Part shown: positions 37,423-49,681 of the stretch, piece after piece | Layout of the letters: the number at the start of each line of letters is the position of its first letter | Numbering within the stretch: the first letter of the stretch is position 1 | DNA from: a virus | Taxonomy: Duplodnaviria; Caudoviricetes | Strand: one strand, 5' to 3' | IMG/VR virus record: IMGVR_UViG_3300048672_000522 | Span: 1 to 60,534 of that record | Length of the DNA stretch: 60,534 nt | Position numbers and translations under genes: made by a program | Notes under the pieces: generated by a model | Told to the model about the DNA's origin: nothing | Database searches by the model: none | Seen by the model: only the letters and a program-made list of their open reading frames with translations

Positions 37423-37805
37423 CTTGTTCTTTCTAATACTACATTAACACTTATTGGCTGTTCAGTGTTGACAATTTTGTAAATGATTGTGATATAGATA
37501 GCATTATTATCAGGGCTATCTTTGATATCTGTGTTAATCAATACAGCTCTTGGTTCATAATTTCGAATGACATCTGCTATCATCTTTTTCAACATGATAT
37601 TTAATTGATCGCCATGCAATTCAAATAGCAACTTCTTTACAGGAGTTCCTATGCTAGAATTAAATGGTCTTTCTCCATTCAATGTCAGAATCAAATTCTT
37701 GATGGCAAATGAAATTGCTCTTGCATCTGTCTTGACTGCTATATCTCCTGTGATAGGATTACTGATGAAAGCAGCATCAAAATCTGTGAATGTTCTTGTT
37801 GCCAT
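37419..37805 (-). CDS. gp25: Baseplate wedge protein gp25
   Basis: NPITGD, IKNLILT..GERPF, YEPR, LERTR. Confidence 0.92.
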   Translation of the reverse strand: MATRTFTDFDAAFISNPITGDIAVKTDARAISFAIKNLILTLNGERPFNSSIGTPVKKLLFELHGDQLNIMLKKMIADVIRNYEPRAVLINTDIKDSPDNNAIYITIIYKIVNTEQPISVNVVLERTR

Positions 37806-37806
37806 T

Positions 37807-40245
37807 TTATGCCTTTAACACAAATTTCCCACTGCCAATTGTCTTGTTGATTGCAGCATCAATTGTAAGATTTTGGCAACGATTATCACCTTCTTTGAAC
37901 TAGACATGGATCCATGTGCTAGCACCTTTGTATTCTAGAATCAATTGTCTATATGCAGGCAGTATCTTTTGAATCTCGATGATCGCCTGATAATGTTGTT
38001 CTCTAGAGAAACCTGACAGTTGAATATCAGCAGCACATCCAATCAAGTGATCCGATGTTTTCTAGCCACCTATTTTACTATTTACGGCCTCTGATCTCCA
38101 AGTGTTTGTGATTCGCATATTAGGGAACTTAGCCTTAATAGGATTCAGACAGTTGACTGTCAACTTCTTGAGGTTACACACGATCTCGGAAGCAGTCTTG
38201 CCGTAGTTCTTGCCTCTAGGATAACCAGAACTTCCCGTTAGAACATCGCCAAGTTTGAATAGTGATGACAATTGATATTGCGGAACGATGTCAGCATCAG
38301 TCAGATTTTCACATTCTGTTGCTAATGGTTTAGGTGTCTTTTCTTCTGCCACAGTTTCTTCCTTTGCATCACCTGTTGCCTCTTGAGTCTCATCCTCATC
38401 GAATTCCTTGGCGTTTCTCACCTGGAATTCTGCTGGAGATCCTTCCTCTGGGGTCTCATAGTTTGCATTGAACATTGCTTTTCTGGTAGGAGTTGTGAGC
38501 AAAGGTAGGTCAATTTTACCGCCAGGTTCTTCTGTCGGAATTTCCAGCCCCCCTACTTTTCTGCCAGAGTTTAGGTGAATTTTCTATCCTTCCAATGAAG
38601 TCTCACCTGCGGATTCTTCCATGAATGACCCATCTGTTTTAAGACTGATACCTTCACTTGCATGCAGTGCAAAATTCTTACCCACAGCGAGAGTGTAATT
38701 GCCAGTGACCTCGGTTTTCATATCACCAAGAACTTGTAATTTTGCATCATTCTCTACTCTAATGTTGGCGTCACCGACTACAGTGAGATTGCAATTTCCC
38801 TTGATGAAAATGTTTCCATCTCTGTCCAGAATCTCGTACGAATCTCCAACGATTCTAGTGACCTTCGTACCGTTAACATCAATCTCTTCATATGTGCCAG
38901 ACTTGTGCCATCTATGGAGTCTCTCGTTTCCCTTAGAATCATCAAACTCCTCGATATGCCCACGCTCTGTCATCCTGACATGGTTGTTTGGCCAAGTTGG
39001 ATTGTATGGTACCGGCGGTTGTTTCCATGTCTTACCAGATGCAGTCTTTACCTATTTGATTCTACTTGCATCTTTTCTGGCAACAATGGTCTCATTAATG
39101 TTCTCTGCTCTGGCAAGACGGTTAGAATCAGGTTCATTCTTATCTCTGGGATAAACACCATTTGGATCTTTAAATCCTTCTCCAGTGCTAGACTGCTGAG
39201 TAAAGGTAGGAGGTTTGACCCATCTACCAGCTTCTTTTTGTGTTTTTTCTTCTGTCAGAACTTGATCTGGCGTCTTGTCGATCTTGCCTTCTGAGTTCGG
39301 GAAACCATCTCTCTCAAACCATTCGCGTTCTTTGGCACGTCTGTTACCGAGATTCTTCGCATATGTCATCGGAATCAATGCTGCAGCCTCATCATATCTA
39401 CCTGAATTCAGTGATGAGAAGAACTGAGACTTGATCAGTCTTGGGTAACCGATGTTATATGCCATCTAGACTACAGCCTCAAACATACCCTGAGTCACAG
39501 GAGCAGAAAGATTGCGTTTGATAGCAGCAACAAATTCCTTGTTCAGCTTGTTCTTGAACAGATCAATACATTGTGCCTTAGTCAGAACGGCCCCGGATCC
39601 TACTCTGGAATTGTCCAGCAGATAAGTAGAACCGAAGCCAATAGTCCAGACATTGTTTATGTCTTGGTATGCATAGATTCTAGTCTCATCTGGTATGTTT
39701 TTCCAGTTCTTCCGATAGTCGTTTCTGCCCGCAGTCAGTGATGACAGTGCTTCTTCATCCATAATGAACATCTCTCCAGCATCGGTCATTGAGAGTTCTT
39801 GTGGGTACTTTAGTGTGTCCGGAGTTGTGTCACCAGAAATAACAGGGTTACCATAGCCATCTGTTACCGGATTTCCACTCTAGTCCGTTACTACGGAGCC
39901 TGTACTATCTCTTGGCACAACTGGTTGGTCAGAAACTTCCTGACTAGTGTTATCAGGAGATTCAAACGGCACGCCGGCTATAGAACCTAAGATGATAGGC
40001 TGCTGGCGATGTTCATCCGCGAAGGCGATTGCCACCCATGATCCTTCTACTAGCCCCAGCGGGGTCTGACCAACTCCACTCACACCAGCAGATGTGATGT
40101 CTTGGATCGGCATTGCCCATGGTAAATCTGTAGTCGGCAGTTCTGCTTTATTCTCAGAATGGACACCGAAAACTCTTACTCTGCATCTGCCGATCTTGAA
40201 TTTATCATTTGTACTTCTTTGTTCAACTACACCAAAATAAATCAT
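37807..40245 (-). CDS. gp5: Baseplate hub/tail lysozyme gp5: OB-fold + lysozyme + beta-helix + peptidase M15-like domain, 812 aa
   Basis: GRCRVRVFGVH..LPWA; YQD...WTIGFG...FEAVV*MAYNIG...RRAKE; GHIEEFDDSKGNERL; GG*KTSDHLIGCAADI...WIHV*F. Confidence 0.9.
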
Positions 40246-41522
40246 GCTATACTACCTTCTCTTGATAATTCAATTGTGCACAGATGTGCCTTCTTAGTAA
40301 ATCTATGATTGATCGCCGTTATAACATAGTAACCACTATAAACAACATCCAATAGATTAGATGGATCATCCTGTGCGGTAATCTATAGTTTAGCATTTGA
40401 ATCATAATAGATTACTTTGCCCACAGTGTAATCAGTTCTACCAAAAACATCAATCTCTATTTTCTATGAATTGATTATGCGCATATCCTACATTCTAGAT
40501 TGAAAGAATTTAGAATTAGTACTATTCGCATAATCAGTTACATCGTAATGTTTCGCCGCGAATACTCTTAACGGATCAACCGATTCAACTATCTATTTCG
40601 GAAACAATGGTGACTTATTAATTCTAGACTCAGTTCTGGCAGAATGAGTTTTTGCCGAAACAGTTTTCTTTAGTAGATCATATGAAGTCAATCTAGTTGC
40701 AATTGCACCAGAGTTATAAACATCAAGATAATCATATAATGTATCAACTCTGACTGATTGAACAATCTGAACATCTTTATTAGGATTACGGTCAGCCGTT
40801 CCCATTAAATCGCCTTCAGTCACAATATCAGCACTGAAATCATTTTCTTTGAATACTTGAAAAGGTTTTTCCTTATCAATATTGAAAATGGTACTCAACG
40901 TCTTGAAGTTAAATCCATCTCTATTCTCAAAGAACTAGAATGAAGCATCTCCTTGCGGTGATATTGCGTGTTGCGTACAATACTCGATACATTTCTATGG
41001 TTGCCAGAAATTTGAGATAAACTTCATCTGATGGGAAGATTTATCCGCGAAGAATTCCTTACCAGAATCCGGATAATACTTCTTCAGAATCTGCGAAATG
41101 ATCTCATCCTATGTGCCACGGAATGCAGAACTTATTTGTCTCTTGAAATCAAATAACATTTCAACTGAAGCAAAATAGAATGCATATTGTTGCATTCTAT
41201 CTCCAACCATAGTTCTATCACCCATTTTATAAACCCAGAATAATCCTGATATCACATTCCTAGGTTTATTCTTGTCGATACCCTTTGTTCGGATAGATAG
41301 ATTGATAAGATCCTTACCACCTCGCCCGAGATAATTTGGTATGTCAATTGTATCTCTCATTACTACTTTTCCAGTAATGAAAGGTGAGTACATATCCTCG
41401 TATATGTTAATCAGGTCAATCTGTTCGGTGATATCAATACCTTCTCCTTCTGCTAATAACAGTTCGAAGAAATCTAATTCATATTCACCTGCTTGGGTAG
41501 AAAATTCTGTTGTTTCTGCCAT
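40242..41522 (-). CDS. Probable baseplate hub protein (gp27-like position), 426 aa
   Basis: INIYEDMYSPFITG, FENRDGFNF, SGYYVITAINH; lies between gp53 and gp5. Confidence 0.7.
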
Positions 41523-42340
41523 CACACACCTGACAATAATCTTTGAATATCTGATACAACCTTATCAATCATAGCAGGGTTTAGTACTCTAATTCTTCTC
41601 TTGGATTCATTTAATCTATCTTCATATTCGAAGTTACTAATAGATTCAAATCCTCTACTGTATTCTTCATACTATGCATATGGATAAGATTGACTAAATT
41701 GATATTCAGACATTCCAGTACGGAGAATGGTCTGATTCATATCATCGATGATCTGTTGTCTTTTGTAAAGATACTCTTGATATGTTTCAGATGGTACTGA
41801 AAACATAGTCCCAAGACCATACATTGGATAGATCTCATTATATTGTTCTTCTGTCAACAGAGTTGGATAATTTGGTGAAACTAGATCAATTAAAGACTAT
41901 TGATAATCAGAGTATGAATCATAAGGATACAATGCAGTGAATTGCTCTTGTGTTAATTTCTATACAATATTCCCATCTCTATCTTCATAATGCAAATTAC
42001 CGAAGATCATATGCTGATCATATACATGTTCTTTGCCATATTTCTGTTCGCAGTATCTTATTAACTGTACAGATGTTAATGGGAAATCTTTTCTGTAATC
42101 AAATCTTTGATTAAGTAGCATTATGGTCCAATGATAGATTGGTTTGCCATATAATTTTTCAGAAATGATGTCAAACGTCTCGTTATCTTCGATGTCATAT
42201 TCGTCGAACAGAGTAATGTTCTGAAGAATCTCTTTTCTGACTCTGACATTCAATGCAATATCTTTGATAGCAACTAGTGTTACTTTTCCATCTATCTCAA
42301 AGTTATATGCTACAGTTGGGAAATTATTGAAGTAAGACAT
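41522..42340 (-). CDS. gp53: Baseplate wedge protein gp53, 272 aa
   Basis: YFNNFP, YDIEDNET..ISEKLYG...HWTIMLLN, YEDRLNESKRRIRVL. Confidence 0.88.
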
Positions 42341-42342
42341 GA

Positions 42343-43335
42343 TCAGATTCCCTACTTATTGAAAGGAGATGTCTCCTTGGTAGGAACACCCAACTCTTTA
42401 AACTGCAGTTGCAATCTTATTTGTGTAGGCATCCCGTTAGCAAAAGTATTAAATTGTCCATTTGGTGTATAATTAACTGTACAGTTAGTCAACACAGCGG
42501 TCATCTGTTTTTCCAAATACGTGTTCTCTGCATCACCCTTGAAGTATTTGATCTCAAATTCCTATGGGTAAATGTACAGGTAGTTGTTCTTGTCCGCGTA
42601 TTCTGGCAGCATGTGATGACGGAACATACGGACAATGTCAAGAACAGCATTCGCTTCGGCTTCACTTCTTGGCGCAAAATCATAATCATATGAGAAAGTA
42701 CGGAAATCTACACCCTTGAAGAGTTGTTCCATCTTAGAGTTGCCGGCAGTAATTCTAGTAGCTTTCTGGACGTAATTCTGGCCATCAAGAATTTTTCTAC
42801 CGATTGCAGTAGCACCTAGTGCCACAACATCATTGATACTAGCAGAACCCTTTCCCACACCCAAAGCAGTGGAAGCATCTTCAACAAGACTTCCGTTTGT
42901 GAGATCTTCCTCTGACCAGTTGACGGAGTATGTGTTAGAAAGAGCATTTGGCACATACAATGTAATCGCTGCCATGAGACGTTTCATAGGTGCAACAATG
43001 AGATTTGAATCCTACGCACCAGTCCAATCCCTAATTGTCTCTTTTAACTTCTCTCCAGATGCTTTGTAATACTCGTTTGGCGGAAGATCTTGTGCATAAC
43101 CTCTATAATCTTCAGCATCCTGGCCGGAGCCTTGCCCCAATGTTTTACTATTCCCGGACACATTGATGAAGAATACTACTTTATTTCCACCGAACTCTGG
43201 GCTAGAATCCAATGTGATAGGATATTGCAATGCAAATTTGTCCTGCTGCATACTCAGAGCGTACATTGCATTACCTTTTGCATCAACATAACCTTCAGCT
43301 TTCGTATATGATTCTCTTTTGTAAACTAATCCCAT
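42343..43335 (-). CDS. gp48: Baseplate tail-tube cap gp48, 330 aa
   Basis: ITLYVP, EQLFKGVDFRTFSY, PRSEAEA, YP*EF, VNYTPNG. Confidence 0.88.
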
Positions 43336-43345
43336 TTGTGGATCC

Positions 43346-43374
43346 TAAATATAGTAACAACTATACTATTTAAT
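43346..43374. promoter_or_regulatory. Divergent pair of late-type TAAATA motifs between gp48 and gp4
   Basis: TAAATA on the plus strand and TATTTA (minus-strand TAAATA) in a 47-bp divergent intergenic region. Confidence 0.5.
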
Positions 43375-43382
43375 AGCGTGAC

Positions 43383-43820
43383 ATGGCAAAATTTCATCAA
43401 GGTAAATACAGTCTCAAGAACCCTGACAAGTATGTGGGAGACAAGTCAAAAATTTTTTTCCGGTAGTAGTGGGAAAAGAAATTCATGTCATGGGCAGATC
43501 AGAATCCCGGAGTAATCAAGTGGAACTCTGAGGAATTAGTAGTTCCGTATATGAGTCCAGTGGACGGATTGCAGCACAGATACTTCGTAGATTTCATGAT
43601 CATGGTCAAGACTCGGCAAGGTGAGATAAAGAAATATGCAGTAGAGATCAAGCCAGAAGCACAGACCGTCCCACCTAAACCTAACAGGAACAAAGTCCGA
43701 TACCTGAATGAATCCGCTACATATGCCATCAATCAAGCGAAGTGGGAAGCGGCATCAAGATTCTGTAATAAGATGGGGGTTGAATTTGTTGTACTTACAG
43801 AGAAACATTTAAAAGTCTAA
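43383..43820 (+). CDS. gp4: Head completion nuclease gp4 (TnsA-like), tandem TAG TAG
   Basis: KNPDKYVGD...FR**WE...WNSEE..VPY.SPVD...HRYFVDF...VEIKP...NQAKW. Confidence 0.93.
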
Positions 43821-43821
43821 T

Positions 43822-44409
43822 ATGGCAGGACAGAACAAGAAAACAGTATTCGAGTTATCAAGAATCAACGCGGAGGAAGTTAAAAAGTCCTCCGCGTGGT
43901 TTGACGAGCAAGTAAAAAGACTGTCGTCAAAAAAGATAACACCGAACAGAGTTATGAATGAAGCAGGGATGCATCTGACAAGTCGATTAGTACCAGGAAA
44001 GATGTACTTCTACTTTTACAATCCCAAGTTTAAAGAAACTCTACCTTTCTATGACCAGTTCCCACTTGTGCTACCATTTGCAAAAACTCAGGGTGGTTTC
44101 ATTGGGCTGAACATGCATTATCTTGACTACAAGATGCGCATGGCTCTGTTTCAGAATTTACTAGAGACGGCAGGTGCGAAACATCTGACTGAGACTACAA
44201 AGATCAAATATTCATGGGCAACGGTAGCTCAAGCTTCGAGATTGGCTCCAGCGCAGGCATGTGTAAAACAATATCTCACAGAACATGTAATGTCACCATT
44301 CTGTGAAGTACCACCAGAATTTTGGCACACTGCACTGATGTTACCAGTGCAAAGATTTGTTGGTGCAAGTAAAGAAACAGTTTGGAAAGAAAGTAGGAAA
44401 TACAGATGA
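43822..44409 (+). CDS. gp2: DNA end protector gp2
   Basis: PGKMYFYFYNPK, LPFYDQFPLV, GLNMHYL, CVKQYL. Confidence 0.92.
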   Translation: MAGQNKKTVFELSRINAEEVKKSSAWFDEQVKRLSSKKITPNRVMNEAGMHLTSRLVPGKMYFYFYNPKFKETLPFYDQFPLVLPFAKTQGGFIGLNMHYLDYKMRMALFQNLLETAGAKHLTETTKIKYSWATVAQASRLAPAQACVKQYLTEHVMSPFCEVPPEFWHTALMLPVQRFVGASKETVWKESRKYR

Positions 44410-45779
44410 GTGATGCTAAATCCAGCCTGAGCAATTTTATTGCCAGAGTAAAGAAGAATGGTCTGCTTTCTGCATCTCATTTCTATATTGTCATTCCTAA
44501 CTTTAGCCCTAATTCTTAGGACAAAGATTTGCTCATGTTCTGTGATACTGCGGATCTACCTGGCATCAATTTGATGACAACAGAAATCAGGCAATTTGGA
44601 GAATTGACTACACTCCCTCATGCACCAATGTATCAGCCAATTCAATTGTCTTTCATTTGTGATTCTACTATGGATGTTAAGTATGCTCTAGAGGATTGGT
44701 TAGATTCTGTTTTCGATCGCAATACAAGATCGTTCAATTACTATGAACAATACACAAAAGATATTGAAATCTACATAACAGACAAGTACGGAAAAGATGT
44801 TCACAGAGTAACATTATTTGAAGCATATCCTACTGCGATAGGAAATATACAACTCGATTATTCAAATGAATAGATCATAAAGATACCCGTCACAATTTCA
44901 TATAAGTGGTGGGAATAGAGTTTCTTTGATGTGAAGTACGGAGGCCAATCATCTATCTTTGATAAGAAGTTGCCGACTGCAGTCCCAGTATTTGCCGGTG
45001 ACATCAAGCCAGGAACAGCATATTATTTCAATGGACAGAAGTTCAGTGGCTTTGAGTTTATGAATGCCAATGGGACAATGTCTCCGGAGAACCAGAATAT
45101 ATTTACTGGGGTCACAGCATCTGGCAGTACTACCGGTAATACCATGTAGAATGGTGCATTCTCTAGAATCACCGGGAATGTGTCAAGCGATATCATCAAT
45201 TTTGGCAACAGTGTGCAGAACACATTTGGCAGAGCAGGGAACTCACTTGCAGCAGCAATGATGGTTGTGCCGGTGTCAACGAGCCAGGGTGCTGCATATG
45301 TATCTCAGATGGCTCTTCATGCTAAAACGATTTCCTCAGACATGTCTGGGTACGCTCAGGGTCTTGTAGAATTGGGCAAGAATGTCTCGAGCATAACCAA
45401 ACCTGCTAGCATCATCGGCCAAGCAGTCACTTCTCTGGGCGGCACACTGTCGTAGATAGATGGAACTTTATCTATGTTGGGGATCAATTCATAGCCATTC
45501 TAGAAAGTGGCCAGAGAACTATATGGCGCTGGCGGTAAAATTGGACAAGCAGCAAATCTACGAGGGCTGTCTGGCGGTCTGCAGACAGTTGGTGCTAACA
45601 TGTCTGCAACAAGTTCTATTTTCCAACAGGTACAAGGTCAGCTAGCTGGAAAAGAAGGTTTCTCTAAATCAATAGAGAATGCAATGAATTAGATGAGCAG
45701 GGCGTTCTAGAACAATGGATCGAACACAATGAATGCAGCAAATGTGCTAGCAGATAGAGCAGGAGACTCAAATGAGTAA
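44406..45779 (+). CDS. gp54: Baseplate tail-tube initiator gp54-like with long C-terminal extension, 457 aa
   Basis: CDTADLPG, FNYYEQY, LFEAYP in the tube-like N-terminal ~165 aa; one frame to TAA 45779 across several TAGs. Confidence 0.7.
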
Positions 45780-46188
45780 AGCTATAAGTGAAGTTTTTGA
45801 TGTTGAACCATACCAGCAACCCACCCCACAGGCACCTATGGTTCAGGGAGACGAGATTTAGCATGATGCAGAGTACGCATCCGATAACATCAGAAAACTT
45901 ATTGAAATTGGCATGGGTGCGGTAGAGGATGCAGCATCAGTTGCTAGAGATTCAGAATCTCCCCGAGCATATGAAGTAGTTTCTACTATGATCAAGAATC
46001 TGACTGACATGAACTTGCAATTGATGGATATCCACGGGAAGAAACAAGATCTAAATAGAGGTAACGGAACCACACCTCAACAAGGTGTTGGCAATGTGAC
46101 AACGAATAATGCGTTCTTTGTAGGAACGACTAAAGATCTTAATGAATTGATTATGAAAAGGATGTCTGGAAATGGCGACACAATCTAA
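45772..46188 (+). CDS. gp16: Small terminase subunit gp16, 138 aa
   Basis: ARDSESPRAYEV, TNNAFFVGTTKDL. Confidence 0.88.
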
Positions 46189-46891
46189 ATTAGCAAATAT
46201 AAATGTTTCACCTCTGTATGATGTGATTATACCATAGACTCAAGAAAAAGTAAAATTTCGCGCTTACAATGTAAAAGAAGAACGCGCGCTGTTGACGGCA
46301 GACGAATCGGGTGACGGGTCTGTCATGATCTAGACACTGAATCAAGTCGTTCTCAACTGTCTCAATCCGGCACCAAAATCATTAACATCATTTGACCTAG
46401 AGTATATCTTTTCCCAGATCAGATCTAAATCTGTTGGAGAAGTAGCAGTAATCAAGATCGGATGCGACGAAGCGGAGTGTAAAGATGTCTCAATCGAGTA
46501 CAGATATGATCTATCTCAGTTGCAGGTAATCTTCCCCGAGGGTATCTCTAAGACAATCAAACTATCGGATACCATCGCCGTGAAGATGAAATATCCGTCT
46601 GTGGAAGATTCTCTGCGCATTGAGTTTATTCAATCAGAATCTGACAAGAAGTATGAAGCGATCAAGTCATCTATTGATCTGATCTATCACGGCGATGAGG
46701 TAATTCATGTCGATGAAGAACCACCACAAGCAATCGTAGAATTTATCGACGGTTTGAATCCACAGTCATATAGAAAACTAGAAGGTTTCTTTGAAGAGAT
46801 GCCTTATCTGGAAGGTGAATTGAAATATCGCTGCACAAAATGCAGAAAAGATCATACTAAAAAGGTAAGAGGTCTGGCTAATTTTTTCTGA
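46172..46891 (+). CDS. gp26: Baseplate hub subunit gp26, 239 aa
   Basis: IP*TQEKVKFRAYNVKEE, FDLEYIF.QIRSKSVGE, MKYP, GLANFF. Confidence 0.9.
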
Positions 46892-46893
46892 TC

Positions 46894-47064
46894 ATGCTCT
46901 GTCATGATAGTCTTGAAAATCATTATCGCACAAATTTCTTGTTGCGGCATGAGTTCAATTACTCTTTGACAGAGCTAGAAGAAATGTTACCATACGAACG
47001 CGAGATTTACATCGGCCTCTTGTTACAACACTTGGAAAAGAAAAGACAAAAGAATGCTAGCTAA
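46894..47064 (+). CDS. gp51: Baseplate hub assembly protein gp51-like, 56 aa
   Basis: HDSLENHYRTNF...YSLTELEEMLPYEREIY; below the ORF-track size cutoff. Confidence 0.85.
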   Translation: MLCHDSLENHYRTNFLLRHEFNYSLTELEEMLPYEREIYIGLLLQHLEKKRQKNAS

Positions 47065-48847
47065 CATCTCAAAATCTATCTCTGGTGCACTTTCATCAGA
47101 CGGTCTTGAACAGAAGATAGACAAGATACAAGAAGCAGAGAAAAAGAACTCAGACAAATTAGTTCATGCTCTGACCGATCTGACAAAGCATCTGAAGAAG
47201 GTAGAGAAAGAGTAGAAGAATCAGAAGGGCAAGGATCGCCCAACTATCGGCGGGATGATTGATAAGGCCAAGGAACTGAAAAGTAAGTTCACTAGTCTGG
47301 GGGGTATCGCTGGCATGGCAGCAGACCATTTAGCAGACAAACCTGTTCTTGGTGCTATCATGGGATCTGTTGCTAATAAACTTGATCAGAGAGCAGAAAA
47401 CAAGCGCAAGGAGTCCGACTTTGTTGCTACTGTTGCACATGGTACTAAGTTCGGCAGACAGATTATGGAGAAGGAAGGTAAAGAGGGTGGTCTTAAACAG
47501 ATCTCTACCTTGTACAAAGACAGATCCCGAATTGAAAATTTGGTTGAAGCTAAGAAGGCTAAGCAATCTGCATTGAAAGAAAAAGGTAAAGAAGCTGGAG
47601 TAGAAGTAGATTTGCCAGAAGCAGAATTAGAAGATCTAAAGAAATGGGAATCCCAATTAACCAAGATCAATGCTACGATCAAGGAAGGTCTTGATCCTGT
47701 AAAGGAACCATCAGAAGAAAAACCATAGTAGAAAAAGTCCGGAATGTCTGACGATGAAGCCGACTCTCTGCGCAAGGAACTCATCGAAGGCATTAAGGCT
47801 GGGATGGAAGAAGCATTCAGTCAAGCATCTCCAGAGGAAAAAGAAGCACTGCAGAAATAGCACCCAGAAAGAATGGGTGGCATCATGCAAGGTGTAGAAG
47901 ATGAGATCATGAAGTTGAACAAATCTCAACTTGAGGAATTGATCAAACTTAATGCTCAACTAGAGGGGAACGATGCACAAGATAAAGAAGCAGATCTTGA
48001 ATCTCGCATCAAACAGTTGAATCCACCACCAGAAAAGAAAGAAGAGAAGGAAGAAAAGAAATCACTACTTGGCACTCTTCTGGATGGAGCTAAGGCACTA
48101 TTCAGTGGGCCATTGAAAAGTCTTACCGGCATGTTCGGTAGATTCATACCTATGATCTCCGGAATAGCTGGTTCTATTGGTTAGCTAATGAGTGGCCTAG
48201 CACCGCTATTAGGACCCGCATTAGCAATATTAGGAGCAGGTGCCGCAGGCCTAGCAGTAGGGAAAGGTATCAATTCTGCTGTTGAATAGATGACAGGAGA
48301 TACTGTCGGTGGTAATATACATTCTGCTGTAGATTCATTTCAGGGTTCTAAACTTGGAAATATGCTAGGGTTAAAGTCCGATGAACAGAAGATGAAAGAG
48401 GCAGATGATAATGCCGTGAAAGAACTTGTTGAGAAGAAACTCAAAGCAGGTGAGAAAATTTCTCCAGATCTTGCCCAGAAGGCAGAGGCACTTGGCATGA
48501 AGATTGAGAAATCCAGCATCATCAACAAGTAGGAAAATGCATCTACTGATGTCCGTAGGATTGATAACAATATTGAGAAAACAGAGAATGCATCTACTGA
48601 TGTCCGTAGGATTGATAATGCACTGATCGAAAAATCAGATAGCAAAATGGAATCTGCCACTCATGCTATTGAGTCTATCTCTGAAGAACTTGCAACAGAG
48701 AAGAAGGAAGACAAACAAGTTGTAGCACCTACTATCGTCAATGCACCCAGAACTGTTAACAATACTACACAGAACATCATGAGACCTCAGATTAGAAACC
48801 CTGAACCATAGTATATCAAGGTAGAATCTAGAAGGTTTGCTTTCTAA
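47054..48847 (+). CDS. Probable tape measure / hub protein (gp29-like), 597 aa
   Basis: Helical K/E/A/G-rich frame with a hydrophobic G/A/L stretch directly after gp26-gp51; continuous across TAGs. Confidence 0.7.
48536..48618 (+). repeat. 32-bp direct repeat (51-nt period) encoding NASTDVRRIDN twice
   Basis: aatgcatctactgatgtccgtaggattgataa at 48536 and 48587. Confidence 0.9.
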
Positions 48848-48852
48848 ACTAC

Positions 48853-48875
48853 AAAGGGACCTTTCGGTCCCTTTT
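48853..48875. terminator. Bidirectional rho-independent terminator
   Basis: aaagggacc-tttc-ggtccctttt between convergent genes. Confidence 0.85.
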
Positions 48876-48877
48876 CT

Positions 48878-49108
48878 TCAAGCAGATTTTGCTTTTCGGA
48901 TTTTCTTCCCCTGTGGGGCTTCAATCGGCACTTCAACTGCTTCGGTGAATTCTTCTGCAACGATTTCAGCAGGCTTGTCTGCTTCAATCTGAGCCAGAAC
49001 TCCATCAAGTTCAGTCTGAACAGCAACTGCTGCTTCTTTGTTGCCAGCACGAGTGTGGAAAGCAACCATGCGTTCCAGTGCTTCTGCTTGTGTCTTTTTG
49101 TCAAACAT
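48878..49108 (-). CDS. Hypothetical protein, 76 aa
   Basis: MFDKKTQAEALERM with GGAGA RBS. Confidence 0.7.
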   Translation of the reverse strand: MFDKKTQAEALERMVAFHTRAGNKEAAVAVQTELDGVLAQIEADKPAEIVAEEFTEAVEVPIEAPQGKKIRKAKSA

Positions 49109-49130
49109 AATCTTCTCCAAATTTAAGAAA

Positions 49131-49199
49131 CATAAATAATGTGGTACTCGCGGAATCCCCATTCCCAGTACCTTTAGTCAACCCATCTTAAGGATCTAT
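49131..49199 (+). promoter_or_regulatory. Late promoter (CATAAATA) plus hairpin leader, copy 1
   Basis: gtggtactcgcggaa...attcccagtacct shared with 52456-52521. Confidence 0.7.
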
Positions 49200-49628
49200 A
49201 TGACCAACGAAACTATTTATTATTGCGTCTACCGCATAACAAACCTAGTAGAAGGCAAACACTACTACGGTTACAAATCTTCTGCTCAACATCCCAAAAA
49301 TATTCTAGGAAAGAAATACTTTAGTTCCTAGACAGATCTAGATTTCATCCTAGATCAGAAGAAAAATCCACAAAATTACAGATATAAAATAGTTGGAATA
49401 TTCAATACAAAAGAAGAAGCACTTGCTCGCGAAATCAAACTCCACAAGAAATTTGATGTTGACAAAAATGATCACAGAATTATTTCTGGAGAGTTCACAA
49501 TAACTGACAGAAAAAATATTAAGAGAAAAGAAGAATCTCAAGAAACTAAACTAAAAAAGAGTTTATCTCACACTGGAAATGCTTAGCATATAATTCCAAA
49601 GGAGATAAACTCGGCTTTAGATAGTTAA
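49200..49628 (+). mobile_element. GIY-YIG (Seg-like) homing endonuclease, possibly degenerate, 142 aa
   Basis: CVYRITNLVEGKHYYG...KYFSS*TD...EALAREIKLH; the expected YN motif is not evident. Confidence 0.7.
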
Positions 49629-49681
49629 CAGATACTGACTGGGGAATTCATATTTTTCGTTCTCCAGTCAGATGAATCTAA

